A stretch of 64,000 nucleotides of DNA, from positions 14,386,798-14,450,797 of the forward strand of contig OZ037767.1 of assembly GCA_964035545.1 (NCBI GenBank). Reading direction: 5' to 3'. Of this stretch, positions 45,501 to 64,000 are shown piece after piece. The translations under genes and the position numbers were made by a program. The notes under the pieces were generated by a model. That model did not search any database and had not been told where the DNA came from. It was given only the letters and a program-made list of their open reading frames with translations. This DNA comes from Bugula neritina (Eukaryota > Animalia > Bryozoa). The stretch's first letter is position 1. Each line of letters starts with the position of its first letter.

Positions 45501-48356
45501 AACTGTGATTGAAGTAAGTTAAACTGAAAAGTTTGTTATAAAATAAACCATAATGCAAATATAAAAAGAAATTCTATCAATGAAGAAGTTTGAAGTGTTT
45601 GTGGTTATATTATTTAAAAGTATAAATTTGCAGTCTTTTTGTGTAATTTTAAAGCTTCCCTTACTATAAATTGTACATATTGGTTGTCGTACTACCTGTA
45701 TGGTGAAGTTTGTTTAGCTTTATCAAGTGTTACCTGCCATATGTCACCTGTAAAGGTAGGTGTAGCAATAAAGAAAGTGGGAAAAAGCCTGTGTTCTAGA
45801 TAAAAAATGTTACAAAGGAAGTGGTGTTCAAGCCGCGCTCCAAACCAAAATTTGTAAAACTGTTGAAACTTAGCCTATTGGAGTTTCTCAACTAAAATGG
45901 AGAATCTCCTATTTGCTCATTTACTTTAATTAACTTTTTTGGCAATTACATCTTTGTTACTATTGAGATTACCTGGTGACAATCTCCTGGCGTTGCCTAG
46001 CAACAACTGCTGACTCTGTTCTATTTGTATACACAGCATTTAGTTGTTTGTGTTGCAGCAGCAGTGGCAGCAACTAGATAACATGATAGGCATATAATGA
46101 GAAATGCTATCTATCAAAGTGTAAAGTATGAATGAGTTGAATACCAATAAAGTAATACGCTTAGCTACATCTTTTACAAGGTTTTAGCCATGTGCTATTG
46201 GTTTGAAAATAAATGTTTTAAAAATAGTTTTTGTTTAAAGTTTTTGGCTAAACACTGGCAATATTAGGTGTAAGGCGCATATTTGTATGTATACTATATA
46301 ATATATTGGTATATATGTGTATATATGATATATTAGTAGCCTATATATGTCTATACTATGTAATCTATTATCATGATATCTCACAGGTGTTGACATCATT
46401 CTAACGGATGAATTAAAGCCGATACTCTTAGAAATCAATGCCAACCCCAGCTTATCTATGACATTTGAAAAGGAAGTTAGCTCGGGGTTGTATGAAGAAA
46501 TCCCAAGTTACGTCGACAAGTATGTTAAACAGCCCGTCATTCGGGAGACGATGCTGCTAGCCGCGCCCAGACACAAGGTATGCGGCAGCAGTTTGAGTTT
46601 GTGGCTTCTGATTGGTTAAAAAGTATTGCTTATGTAATGTTAGTCATTCAACTCTAATCTGCAATAAATAAATGCAAGTTTATTAGATATTAAAGAATTT
46701 TCCTATTATGCTTGATATTCATTATTATTTTGACAGAATTTTTTTATCACGTACAACTTTTCGGGCAGCTATTCGTCATGTAGTTTCAGCATCGTAGAAA
46801 TATTGCTGTTAAAAAACAATTTAAAAGAAAAAACATATCTGCAGCTAACATACTCATTTTATTACTGTGTTTAATACAGGCTCACATACTTTTCCCGCAT
46901 TAGCCACCGATTTGTTTGCAAAAGAAATAAATTGTGTAATACGTATATTGGCGTTCTTTGATCCCTTAATTACTGCTTTCAGCATATGTTTGTCCATGTG
47001 TTGATTATAGTGTACTTTTTTGTGTATAAGTTTCTACTGTATTTTTTATTATAAAGTTTTGCCTTATTGCAGCGTGAATAAATAAAACTTTGATTATGTA
47101 TATTAAATTATATTGGAAAATTTGTTTTCCTCACTATTTAGACAATGCCACTCAGAAATAAATTTTGTACACATAAATCAGATAAAAGCGTTCCATAATT
47201 CAACTCTGTATTTGTTTTGAAAGTTTAGTTACCATCTATTCTCCATGTAACTAATTTCTATTCTGTTTTTCTTGTAGGTTTCCCACCACAAGTTACCTGG
47301 GAAAAGGAAGACAATTCCCATAGAGGAGCTCACTGGCTATGAGTCATTGTTTGAAAGTGATGAGTCAGAGGAGAATTTCCTGCATGAGATTTACCCGGGT
47401 TCTTATGAAGAGGAGTTTTCTCACCTCAGGATACTGGAGCGGGTCGCCTCTCTATACCAGGTATAGCGCTGGTACTCAGGCTAAACTGACTAACAGACAG
47501 AATGGGAACACAATGATGGAATTATCATATCGTGCTGTTTTTAAAAAACACTCAATTTAGTATAATTTAGTGATACGTGTAGAATCGGTTAAACAAAATA
47601 TCTGCAACTATAATTTGAGTTTGAGTAACCAAACAGGACTTCCTGTGAATCTCATTGTGTAGTATTATTATTTCTTTTAGAGCTCGCTGAGTATCAATGA
47701 GACGATGATGAGTGCAAACAGCTTTAGAATGTTTGCTAGAAAATGCTGCCTTATTCACCAGAGCTCTTCGCTGACTGTGGCAGCGATAGACATCTTGTAC
47801 ATTGAGATTCAGCGCAAGTATGTCATTTTGAACGCAGTCGGTCTTGATTGTTGGATTAAGTTTTACAACTTGAAGTTATAAGTAGCTGGTAGCTGGTTGT
47901 AGTGCAAGATAATGTCTCTAATAATGGTTTATCCTATTTGGTTGAATTATTAATTTATTTTTAGTGCTGCTTATTACCCAAAATACTATTCTAATATATA
48001 TTTTGGTCTTAGATGTATTATCACTGTTGATTTCACTTGTACACTCAAACTGCACCAGTTTGCCTTTTAATTGTAGATGGACAGACAGCCAATCAGATTG
48101 TCAGACCAAACTCTCTTTTCAAGCTTTTCTAGAGGCATTCATGTGTATCGCTAGGAGAAGTAAACTCCGATCTCCTAACGTCCTGGAAATGGTGCAGAAC
48201 CTTCTAGACTACTGTGAAGCCAACCTGCAGTTTTCTAGTAAGACTAACCTGAGACGTGCCAAACTTCCCAGAATTCCCGTCAGGTATAACTACAGACAGC
48301 CTTCATCTAGACTGGGGAAACACACACCCTGTCCAAATAGCCTAGATAGTGGCTGA
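42524..48356 (+). CDS. TTLL11: Tubulin polyglutamylase TTLL11 homolog
   Basis: Exons 42524-43463, 45293-45430, 46387-46577, ~47279-47461, ~47681-47817, 48077-48356. Motifs KPDAGTQGEGIYLIKDP, QEYI, KFDLRVY, GLARFCT, MHLTNYSLN, GVDI...LLEINANPS. Confidence 0.88.
43501..43694. mobile_element. Tc1/mariner-like MITE
   Basis: Imperfect ~40-bp TIRs CAGTGCC...CATATCTCA / TGAGATATG...GGCACTG; TA follows the right end only. Confidence 0.65.
45170..45268 (-). mobile_element. tRNA-like repeat, family 2 (best-preserved copy), directly upstream of a TTLL11 acceptor
   Basis: GTGGTGTAATGGTAGCAC D-arm and GGTTCGATTCCC T-arm on the - strand, but a defective anticodon arm. Confidence 0.7.
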
Positions 48357-49118
48357 TAGTTGTCTTCTCATGTTTAAATCTAATAGTTTCTGCGTTCAGT
48401 CAACTGGTGCTTCATGTATAGGACACACAACTCCAAGCATAAGATATCTGGGAAAACTCTTGGTTCTTAGGAAGTGTTCTAAAACATTGTATTTTTCTAA
48501 CCCCAAGTATCTTTCAATTTCTATTTATTTATGTTAACGTTTATGTATTTATATTTATTGTGTTGTAAACATTTTGATAAAGCTTATTTTCAACAGATAA
48601 TACACCAGTTCTGATTTGAGCATGTATATCAGAGATTTTGCTAAATTGAAATTCTGGAAATGCTTTCAGTTTTGTACTAAATAAGTAAACTTGTGAAAAA
48701 TAAAATACTTCTCATCTGATTTAAATTTATTGCTTTACATGAAAATAAGATCACGGAGATATCACATGCAAATAGTTTGATGCAGGATATACCACAAGCA
48801 TGGCTCTCAGTGCACAGTTTATACACAAATATGAATATAACAGAATAGGGAGAAGTCAAAATATATACAAAAGTTACGTGAGTTTACAGTGTATAGTAAA
48901 AACTAGCCATATATCAAAATAAAATACATTCATTCGATTTACATTACATGGATCAGACTTTACGATAACAATACTAATTGACTTGAACATGATTTAAAGA
49001 TAAACAATAAGTGTAAAAATATAAAACTCTATCAAATATACAACTGGAAAGGTAAATATTCAGTCATCAGAATTTCACGAGACATAAAATGGCAAATAAT
49101 TGATATTCTAGGAGTGTA

Positions 49119-52100
49119 CTAGGTGTTTGTTTTGTCAGCTGGGGGCACAGCAGCTGCTGCTGTTTGCACAGTGGTGTAGTTGCTGGTTGTAGAAGTGGGA
49201 GCAACGCATGAAGTAGGAACAACAAGCACTGGAGCAGCCTTAGAGTTGCCAGTTGACACACTAGCCGGATAAACGGGGAGGGCGTACAGTCTACCCGACC
49301 CGGATTGAGTGACTTGGGGAGAGACAAGGCTTGGTCTGGATTCACTCTTACTTCCGGTCGCACTGACTATTTTGATCGGAGTGAAGTTGGTGACGGAGAA
49401 TGCCCCGTTCTTGCACAAGGTTGTCTGCAACAGGAAGTTACATCACAGAATACTGAGAGATAAGACGAAAGTTCTTTCTACACCTCGACAGGTCTACTGT
49501 AGATTTTAATCTTAGTCTAAGCTTATTTCCTGTAAAGCAACCACAACCCCCCCCCCCCCCGGAATGCATTTAGCATGAGCCAAGTGAAGATAACTACAAA
49601 TATCAAACATTAACAGAACGCAATATTTTAAATACAGAACTCACCATTTTCAGCACCATCGAATTCTTGGCGCTGTCGGTTTTCACAGAAGAGGTGGATG
49701 AAGACAGGTTACCGGCAGCAGCAGTAGTGGATACAGGCAGGGCCTGTAGCGTGGAGGAAACAGGTTGAGATTCAGTGGTGGAGACAGAAACAGGAAGGGG
49801 GTCGAGCGTTGAGTTGACAGTGGTGGATGAGCCGTTGGTGGCAGGGGTTACCGAGACTGACTGAACTGTGACTGTGTGGCTGGGAAGGAGAGCGGATTGC
49901 ACAAGACCCCTACAAGTAGTGACAGGGTGTTGAGCCGACCGAGGCTGACTAACACGGCTACTTCAGGGTCCAACAGAAACTATTTTGACAAGCAAAGCCA
50001 CTGACCATAAACGCAGTGATAGCTTGTGAATCTACAGTAATTATGCAACAATTAAAGTGAATCAAGTTTAAAACTTTTTGAAATTCTGAGAAATAGAAGT
50101 TCCTCATAATATGTTTGGCGGTGAAACTCACTTTGCAGGACGACTGTCAATCCACGGGACTTCGTAGTCGACGCCCGACTTGACAATCTTGATTTTGATG
50201 TTGGCGTTTTGGTGTTTGACTGCGATGTGACGTTTGAAAGAGTTTCTAGTCTTGAACTTAGTGTAGCACTCTGGACACTGGTAGGGCTGCTCCCCCGTGT
50301 GCTTCCTTCGGTGCTCCTAGACACACGAAATAGAAGAAAAGCTACAGAGAGGTGAAGGTTAGACACAAGACTGAGTAATGGGAGTTGTCTACTGCTTACA
50401 AAACAAACTAGTCACAAAAGACACTACAAGGGAGTTTGGATAGTATAACAGTAACACACACTAATGTTATGTAAGGGAAGACAAATCCAATAGTTGTTTA
50501 ATCAGTACATCACAATAACGCAACACATCGCTGTATGGAGGCAGCAAACACATGATTAGAGGTGCTGCCGATACCTTGTAGTGACTGGGATGTCGGAAGG
50601 CTCTGCCACAGTCAGGACACTTGAACCTGGTGGCGTCGTTGTGGATGAGCATGTGGTAGTTGAGGCTGTGCTGTCGAGTGAAGGTCGAGTTACATAACAG
50701 ACAGACAAACGGCTTGATCTCTGCAACACAGACAGACAAATTACACTGAGTAGAGCAGCACATAGGGTAGGCAGCTTTATCTACATGCTATCAAGTTAGA
50801 AAACAGATTTTAGCTTTAAAATTTAAAGTTTTAACTATCACAGGAATGTATTTCAGCTTCTAGTAACTTCTTTTCAATATATTCACTCGGACTAGAACAT
50901 GGCTAGTAACATTTTCATATAAAACTATACACTATACTCTGAAAGACTGGAGACAGACTATAGGCTGAGAGACTGCAGGCAGACTATAGTCTGAGAGACT
51001 GCAGGCAGACTATAGTCTGAGAGACTGCAGGCAGACTATAGACTGAGAGACAGACTAGAGTATGGAAAGTTACCTGCGTGACTCCTGTAGTGGTACATCA
51101 ACGTGGCTGTGGCGGTGAACTGCTTGTCGCAGATCTTACAGCTGACGGTGCAGTTCCTCACCCCCAGTCCTCGGCTGGTCTTTAGCTCTCTCATGCATCT
51201 GATGGCGTATTTCTATCAGAACATCATATACTTATACACACTCGTCATATACTTATATATACACTACATAAACTCATAAAAACTCGTCATATATTTATAC
51301 AAACTCGTTATATACTTATAAAAACTCGTCATATACTTATACACACTCGTCATATACTTATATATACTCTACACATACCTTCACGTGCTCCTTGTTCTCC
51401 AGGTCCCACTGCAGGGGCACATCCTCGTCGCCGTCTGGAAAGTTCATCTCTTCCTCAGGTATGATCAGTTTGGTTCCCATCTCCGGCAGATACTTCGGCA
51501 TCGGGGGATACGGCCGAGACAGCGTGGTCGTCGTGGCCGGCTCGTCAGTTTCGCTCTCCGACTCCACTATGCAGCCATTTCTGGCGGCCGGAGGATTCAG
51601 CTCCAGCGGCTTAGACTTGACGATCACCACTTCCTCCGCCACAGCCGGCACAGTCTTCACCTGCATTAACTGCATCACCGGTATTCTGTCTCCTTTACTG
51701 GAGATGATAAACCCGGTATTCTGAACCGCAGCTGCAACAGGAAATCATCCTCTTCAATACATTTCTCACAGGAAGTGCGAGTCTATGTACGCAAAGGTTA
51801 TGGAGGATATTTTTGACTAGCTTTTTGCGAAGTGTAACAGTGTTGATCATGTTTAGCTCTTACTGCACTGAAAGCTATTAGACATATGAGATGGCGTGTA
51901 ACCTACCCTTTGTTCCAAGGACATGGTAGTGGCGGGCCAAATCGTGATGTACGACTCCGTCATCTTCGTCATCCGAATCGCTGTTATCCCATTCAGACCT
52001 GTTCTCCAGGCTAAACACTCTGGGTGCGGGTTTCATTCCTTGACCGTCATCTGACAGCGTGGGCTGTATGTTAACATGTACTTTCCTATAACATTTCAGT

Positions 52101-55100
52101 ACTGCCTCTCATGAGTGACAAGTGAGTGACATGGGAGACAGGTGAGAGAAAAGTGTGTGACAAGAGAGATAAGTGAGTGACAAGTGTGTGACAGGAGAGA
52201 TAAGTGAGTCACAGGAGACAAGTGAGTGGCAGGAGGAACAGGTGTGTGACAGAAGTCAAGTGACAGGTTAAACTGGTGAGTGACAGGAGACAAGTGAGTG
52301 ACAGGAGAGACAAGTGAGTGACAAAAGAGGCAGTTGATAGATGACAGGTGAGTGGTAATAAAGAGCACAACCACAGTCAACTAGATAATACTCGTATAAA
52401 CAATTCAAAAGAACAAATGTTCAGAAAAACCTCAAACATTTAAATCTCATGTATATTCAGATCTCCTACAAGACCTTCATCCATTGGCTGAAACAGATAT
52501 AAGCACTAGATGACTAACCCTTTCACTAATATGGGGTAGCAGTGGTCTTTATAGGGCTGTTTGTTCACCCTGATCTGTTCCTGCATCTTCTCAATCCACT
52601 CAGTGTTCTTGTTGATGAGAGACTGAGTCTGAATGAGTCTGGCAGCTCTACTACTCACCGTTGGCAGCAGAGTCTTCTCCTTCTTCTCAACAGTCCCAGA
52701 ATTCTCTGTGCTGGTCTTCGCTGCCTCAGTTTCAGTAGCTGACTCATCTGGACCAATCACAGTTTCCACAGAACCAGCTTCCAGCGGATCCGCACTTTTA
52801 TCTGCACACGGTCGACATCAACATTAACAAATAAAATCAATACAGGTCAGCGTTTCGCCATCAATTTGCTGCCAACAGTTTATTACTAATCTACTAGCGC
52901 ACAGTTTGAACTGTGAGTTATGAACCTTAGAAATAAACATGTCTGCAAGGAAATGTGTTGAGACAATAGTTCCTAGCTGCAAACGAGCTGTTGGTGAAGA
53001 TTCCACCTGTGAGGAAAATTAGATAAATTTTTTTTGCTATTTTCATCTACTTATAGGAGCAGAAAATTAGTGGAGAAGCTATTAACATGGCACTTAAATA
53101 CCAAGAACACTTTCTAGAGCACCTGACTACAGAAACTGCAATAACATTTCATTAAATAAAAAAGAGATGCAAATCTTCAGAGGTCTTTTTAAACAGGAGT
53201 ATTTTTGTGATGGCAGTAAAAGTAAAAGTACAATCAAATTCAGTATTCAGTATTAACTGTAGATAGAATAAGCATAGGTAGGGTAACTGGAACAGATTAA
53301 TGGAACAAACACAAAACAGAACTCAACTACAATAGTGGTATAAAGACTATCTATAAACTTATAATCGAAAATTAAAGTTCAAAAATATTTTATCTCAACT
53401 CTTTACAAACTATCAAGTTTTCTTCGTTTTTTTACTCTTATGATTCACAGAAATTTGAATTTAGAAAGCTGAGAAATTGTCTACCCGACAGCAAAAGGTT
53501 AAAAGCCAATTATTTATAGCACTACTGTAACTGTTCAACAATAATGCTGTTAAACAAACAACATGATTACCGCTGAGATCTTCAGGGAGGTTTACGATCA
53601 GTAAACCAGTCTTCTGAATCATACAACTCAACAATCATGCAACAGTTTACTGGACATGAGTAGATAACTACTAACAAGACATTTAAATGTTTTACATACT
53701 ATTAGACAGACAGCTACTATTGTTTATTCACAAGAACAGTTAAAAGGTATAAACACATATCAGAGATAAAAAACAGAAAATGCAATTTCTCAAACCACTA
53801 GACAATCTCGAGCAGAAGTTTGAAGATATTACAGCATAGAGCGGGAAAATAGAAACATACTCAGATATTATAGCAGGCGCAGTAGATTTATGTAAGAGTG
53901 GATAATTACCACCAGAGCTGGGTCCAGTTTCCATGTTGGAGGTTTTGTCTGCCAGCTCCTTGGCTGCCGGGGGTTTCACAGGCTGAACTTTACGCCCGGG
54001 TTTCCTCTTTGGAGGCTTAGGATTCCTGGCGGGTTTCTCCTTCACTTCTGGTGCAGCCGGTTTCTCTGCCGGAGCTTGACAGTTCTGCTGCTTGAGGGTC
54101 TTGACACTGCCTGAAGTATAGTATATACTCTTACAGTTACACTATAGTATAGTATATACTCTTACAGTTACACTATAGCATATACTCTTACAGCTACACT
54201 ATAGTATAGTATATACTCTTACAGTTACACTATAGTATAGTATATACTCTTACAGTTACACTATAGTATAGTATAGTGTACAGAATGACCACTGAAACTT
54301 ACCTAGACGACGGGCCCTGGCTTGTACAGACTCAGCTGTGAACTTAGTCTTAGTTCCATCTCTACGCTCTGCAAAACATACACAACTATAAGCATATGGT
54401 AAATAAAGCTATGGAAGTTCGGAATGTCATATAAACCACATACTGTATCTACAGACCACTACACACACAGACACTAGCAACAGTAAGCAGGCAAACAAGC
54501 ACCTGCAGCAGCTGGTCACCATGACTGCTGACACAACTCACCTGACACTTCAGCTTCCTGCTCTCTGATGTGCCAGAGCAGGTGCCTCTCCAAATTCAGT
54601 CTTGCCTTGTTCTCATTGCCAAAACTCTTGAATGTAGCAGAGCACCTGTTGACATTGGAAATAAATAATTTGATAACTGTTGGAATATATAATATAATAT
54701 AATCATAATAATGTAGACATATAATATAATGAACTTAAAATAATGTAAATATATATTATAATGTAATTAAAATAATGTAGATATATATAATATTATATAT
54801 TACAATATAGGATAGCATAACAGAAAATAAATATATTATGATGCAATAACAACAATACCATGTTATGATCTGACCACAGAATCCTATAGTTTTGGGTAAT
54901 GAAAACAAGCAATTGGACGCAATAATACTCAAACATGCAGTTTCCCATCTAACAACACACACGTAAAAGAGTGGAGCAAACAAACAGGAAGTACTGGTAG
55001 AAAGAGAGCGTACATGCCGGGCATGAGCTGACAGTAGTACATAAACTGCCGGGATAGCTCGTCTGCTTTCAGATGTCCAAATAGAGTGACAAGCATGGTG

Positions 55101-56951
55101 GGCGTGGCCTGCAGTAGGTGCTCCAGGGTTATGTAGTCCAGGTTGATGAGGGAGCGAAGGGACAGAGGCTACAAAGTAATGAGAAGATAGTCTACATATA
55201 GAAGTCTTGGTGTTAACATGCAATTAACTGGTCCAAAATAGACCTACTTGGTTAAACTGGACCTTGCAACCATTAGTTCTCAAACTTTTAGTATTCTCAA
55301 GCCATAAAATGTAAAAGTAGAAAGAAGGAATAGTTGTAATATTTGGAGGATATAATACCAACCTTAGCTAGCTTCTTCTCTTTATTTGGAGGCACTTTAT
55401 TGGACACAGCATCATTTTTTGGCGTCACAACCACCTTTTTCTGTTTGACTTGGGTGGACTCGGTGCTGACTTTAGACTTCTTAATTGTGGAGGCGGGCGC
55501 GGGCGACGCTGCCTTTCTCTTGCTCGTACGCCTCGGTACAGACAACTGTGACTTGGCTTTAGCAGGCTCCACTTTATAACTGCTGCTCTGTCCATAGTCT
55601 GCAAACATTTAATAATGCTTAGAAACCAGCAGTTTTACAAATATATATATTTAATGAATATAAATTCTTCAATAGTCAAAACGACTAATTGATAATCTAC
55701 CTTTAAAATATAAAATTCTCAGTTAAACTGTAAAGCAAAAGGTCAGTGTGTTTATTATAGAGTTATGATGACAAGCATAGATAGTTACTCCATTACATTA
55801 TATACCAAAAATGCTTGCAAGGATAAAATTAGTCATAAATATATATTTTTTTCTTACAATAACTTAAAATTAAACATGCAATTTAAATCTGATAATAATA
55901 TCCATTATCCTAATTCAATCCAAATATCAATATTTAAATGCACATTTTTAATAAATATAGCTATATTTATACAATTTTAATGAATAATTTAAATTAAAAT
56001 TAAAAATTACATTTTAAGTTTGCAATTTGTTAATATTGATATTACATAATTATTAATTACAATACTGATGCATTATCATTGATTATAATAAAATGAAAAT
56101 CAAAGTAAATATTTTATAAGTTTAACTTGTAGTTATACAGTTATAGTTAATGTTATGTTTATTTTATTTATTTTTTTATATCATTATGATTATTATTAAT
56201 ATAAAATGTAATAACATTCACTATGACTATGTAACATTGAGCTTAGTTGTCGGTGTAACAGCACCAATTTAAGTCTAGACACGAAAATTGCTTATTCACA
56301 ATGATTGAATTTGATCATTAATGATCGAAGAATGAAAAAAATGAATTTGAACGTTAAGTTCAACGCCTTAAAAGGTTAGAGATAGTTTAATGTCCAATTT
56401 TAATTCAAATTCTCATTATAATTATAAATTAAACAACGTCAAATTCCGATTTTAATTTTCATTTAGAGTTCAACAATAACAGTACCATTACATTTGAACA
56501 GTGTGGATTAACTGATGGAGATTGTTCAAGTTTCCTTGAAAATTAAAATGGCTAAAATTAAATATTAATAATATTAATAATACTAATAGTAATAGTAATA
56601 CTAATAGTAAAACTAAATCAATTCTATTAAATGTAATACTGATCATAATAGTAATAGTAATACTAATACAATTATTATTAGTATATATATTACTATCACT
56701 ACGCTCTAACTCAATCTATGAGTATCAGTATAACTATAAAACTTAGTTAAACTTGAAGTATTCTAATTCATTTTCATCTTGATCATGATGATGATGTATA
56801 ACATTAATTTCATTGCAACTTAAATTATACATTTACAATCAACAATAGCGGCACTAACACTTTTAAACAATAATGATCAATATTTGTGCCTACCAAACTC
56901 AGGCATCAACTTTGCTTGGCGTTTTCTGGTGCTCCGTTTCACCATTGTCAT
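49119..56951 (-). CDS. Multi-exon C2H2 zinc-finger protein
   Basis: First exons 56951-56894, 55598-55363, 55168-55014, 54645-54542 are frame-consistent. Four tandem fingers across 51212-50152 (CKICDKQF..HYRSH, CLLCNSTF..HMLIH, CPDCGRAF..HRRKH, TGEQPYQCPEC..HIAVKH); S/T-rich tail ending TAG at 49119. Confidence 0.82.
50955..51050. repeat. 26-bp minisatellite (AGACTATAGTCTGAGAGACTGCAGGC)
   Basis: About 4 units next to a donor of the zinc-finger gene. Confidence 0.85.
51224..51362. repeat. ~20-bp degenerate minisatellite filling a short intron
   Basis: Repeated ACTCGTCATATACTTAT. Confidence 0.8.
54116..54277. repeat. ~31-bp minisatellite (TATAGTATAGTATATACTCTTACAGTTACAC)
   Basis: About 5 units abutting an acceptor of the zinc-finger gene. 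Confidence 0.88.
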
Positions 56952-57710
56952 CGTGATTGTCACGCTCGCCAAGATAGCCTTTGACGATTTCTTACTGCAC
57001 TCGGTCTGCTACGAAGCGACTGTCTGTAATTCCACCTTGTTCGATTACAGTAACTTTATGAAAACAAAGCTCAACCAACACCAAATAGCTCTAAACTTCA
57101 TTTAGCATTTCTAAGTTGAAAATTAAAAATTTTCCAAACATATTTTCAACGTTTACGAATAAATTAAATAAAAACAGCGTGTTATCTGTACTACGCGGTC
57201 TGCTTCAGATTTAGGTAAGCGAAAACGCCATGTTATTTGAAAAGTCATGTGAATAATCACCAATTGTTACAAAACTAGAATTGTTCACTCTTTATTATTT
57301 TACAATTGAAAAAACAACTCCAAAATATTGCGTTATTTGTTTTCGAGCAGTTTATACATCAAGTGGATGGACAACTTCTTAACAAGCGGTTTAGCTTGTT
57401 GCTTACAGATAATAATTTTCTATTTATAACTAAATTCCTACTGGGAGCTCCATTTAAACATTATAACATTATTAATTTTGAATCAGTGTACTTATTTTAA
57501 GCACCAACATTTCAAACTAGTAAATAATATTATAATATGCTGTATACTTATAAGCTATAGCTTGTTACAACATATATATAGTTTCGCAAGTTATTTTTGT
57601 AATAAAGGCATTGTTAGAGAGCTCATCTAATTGTTTGACGCATGAAGCTGTGTAAGACATGCAGCACTAAAATAAATGTTAATATACGTGGCAGCAGAAT
57701 ATAATATTAT

Positions 57711-63329
<5,619 letters not shown>

Positions 63330-64000
63330 GTAGGAATGATACTCTGATTATAAAGAATTGAAGGCTATAATCTAACGCAGTGCTATGTTTCAGGGTGAGA
63401 TAGCGTTCCTTTAGACCCGGCTAGTTTTTTTGTTAAGGGTGTTCTATTGTCTATATTATATTATAATAAACAACTTTTTATAATGAGGCAAAATAATTCC
63501 AGTGCTTTGTGCAATGGTTTCCGGAAAAGCTCAAATGATTTCTTGAATTTATAAATTCTCTAGTGCTATATAACTGTAAGTCTTAAACCAGCAGTACCGG
63601 TAATTATTAATATAATTATTCTCAAATATCACACTATATAATAGTTGAGTTAGCGCTCAATAATTAATTTTTTACTTTTTTACATAAAAGTAGCATTTTC
63701 ATAAATATTTTGCACATCTTAAAGTATTTATAGTATTATAGTACTATAGTACTATATATAAATAATAAATAAGGCATTTTTTCATTATAGCATATTAAAA
63801 TCACATGCCATTCATCTCATTGATAGTGGCATAAGTGTTTACTTTTAACAAGTCCTATTTTACAATTATTGTGCGTCTAATAAAAAGTTCTGGAACATAT
63901 TTTTTATTAACTTATTTCAATTAGCAATTACTAAAAAGACTTATTGCTGATGTAATAGAAAATTTTCCAAATCCTAAATATGTAGTAGTTGTTATTTTCT

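Overview
AT-rich, intron-dense eukaryotic (animal, probably invertebrate) DNA. Spliced genes, reconstructed by eye: an hnRNP L homolog (-, 13 coding exons, 639 aa), CEP128 (+), an unknown Ser-rich gene (+), PSMC4/Rpt3 (-, 9 exons, 418 aa), TTLL11 (+), a C2H2 zinc-finger gene (-) and a partial CHST-type sulfotransferase (+). There is also a small orphan ORF (-) that looks like a catalytically dead AID/APOBEC-like fold. Introns carry MITEs, tRNA-derived repeats and minisatellites, several of which duplicate splice sites. The main hidden signal is three small intronic elements in (TA)n microsatellites. Each encodes a complete type I hammerhead ribozyme core (CUGANGA, stem II, GAAAC-UANUA-GUA) in the sense direction of the host pre-mRNA, with inverted-repeat architecture reminiscent of Penelope-like elements or retrozymes. 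The second signal is an unannotated PTC-containing exon in the long hnRNP L intron, apparently equivalent to the vertebrate autoregulatory poison exon. All calls come from manual reading; no searches or folding programs were run.
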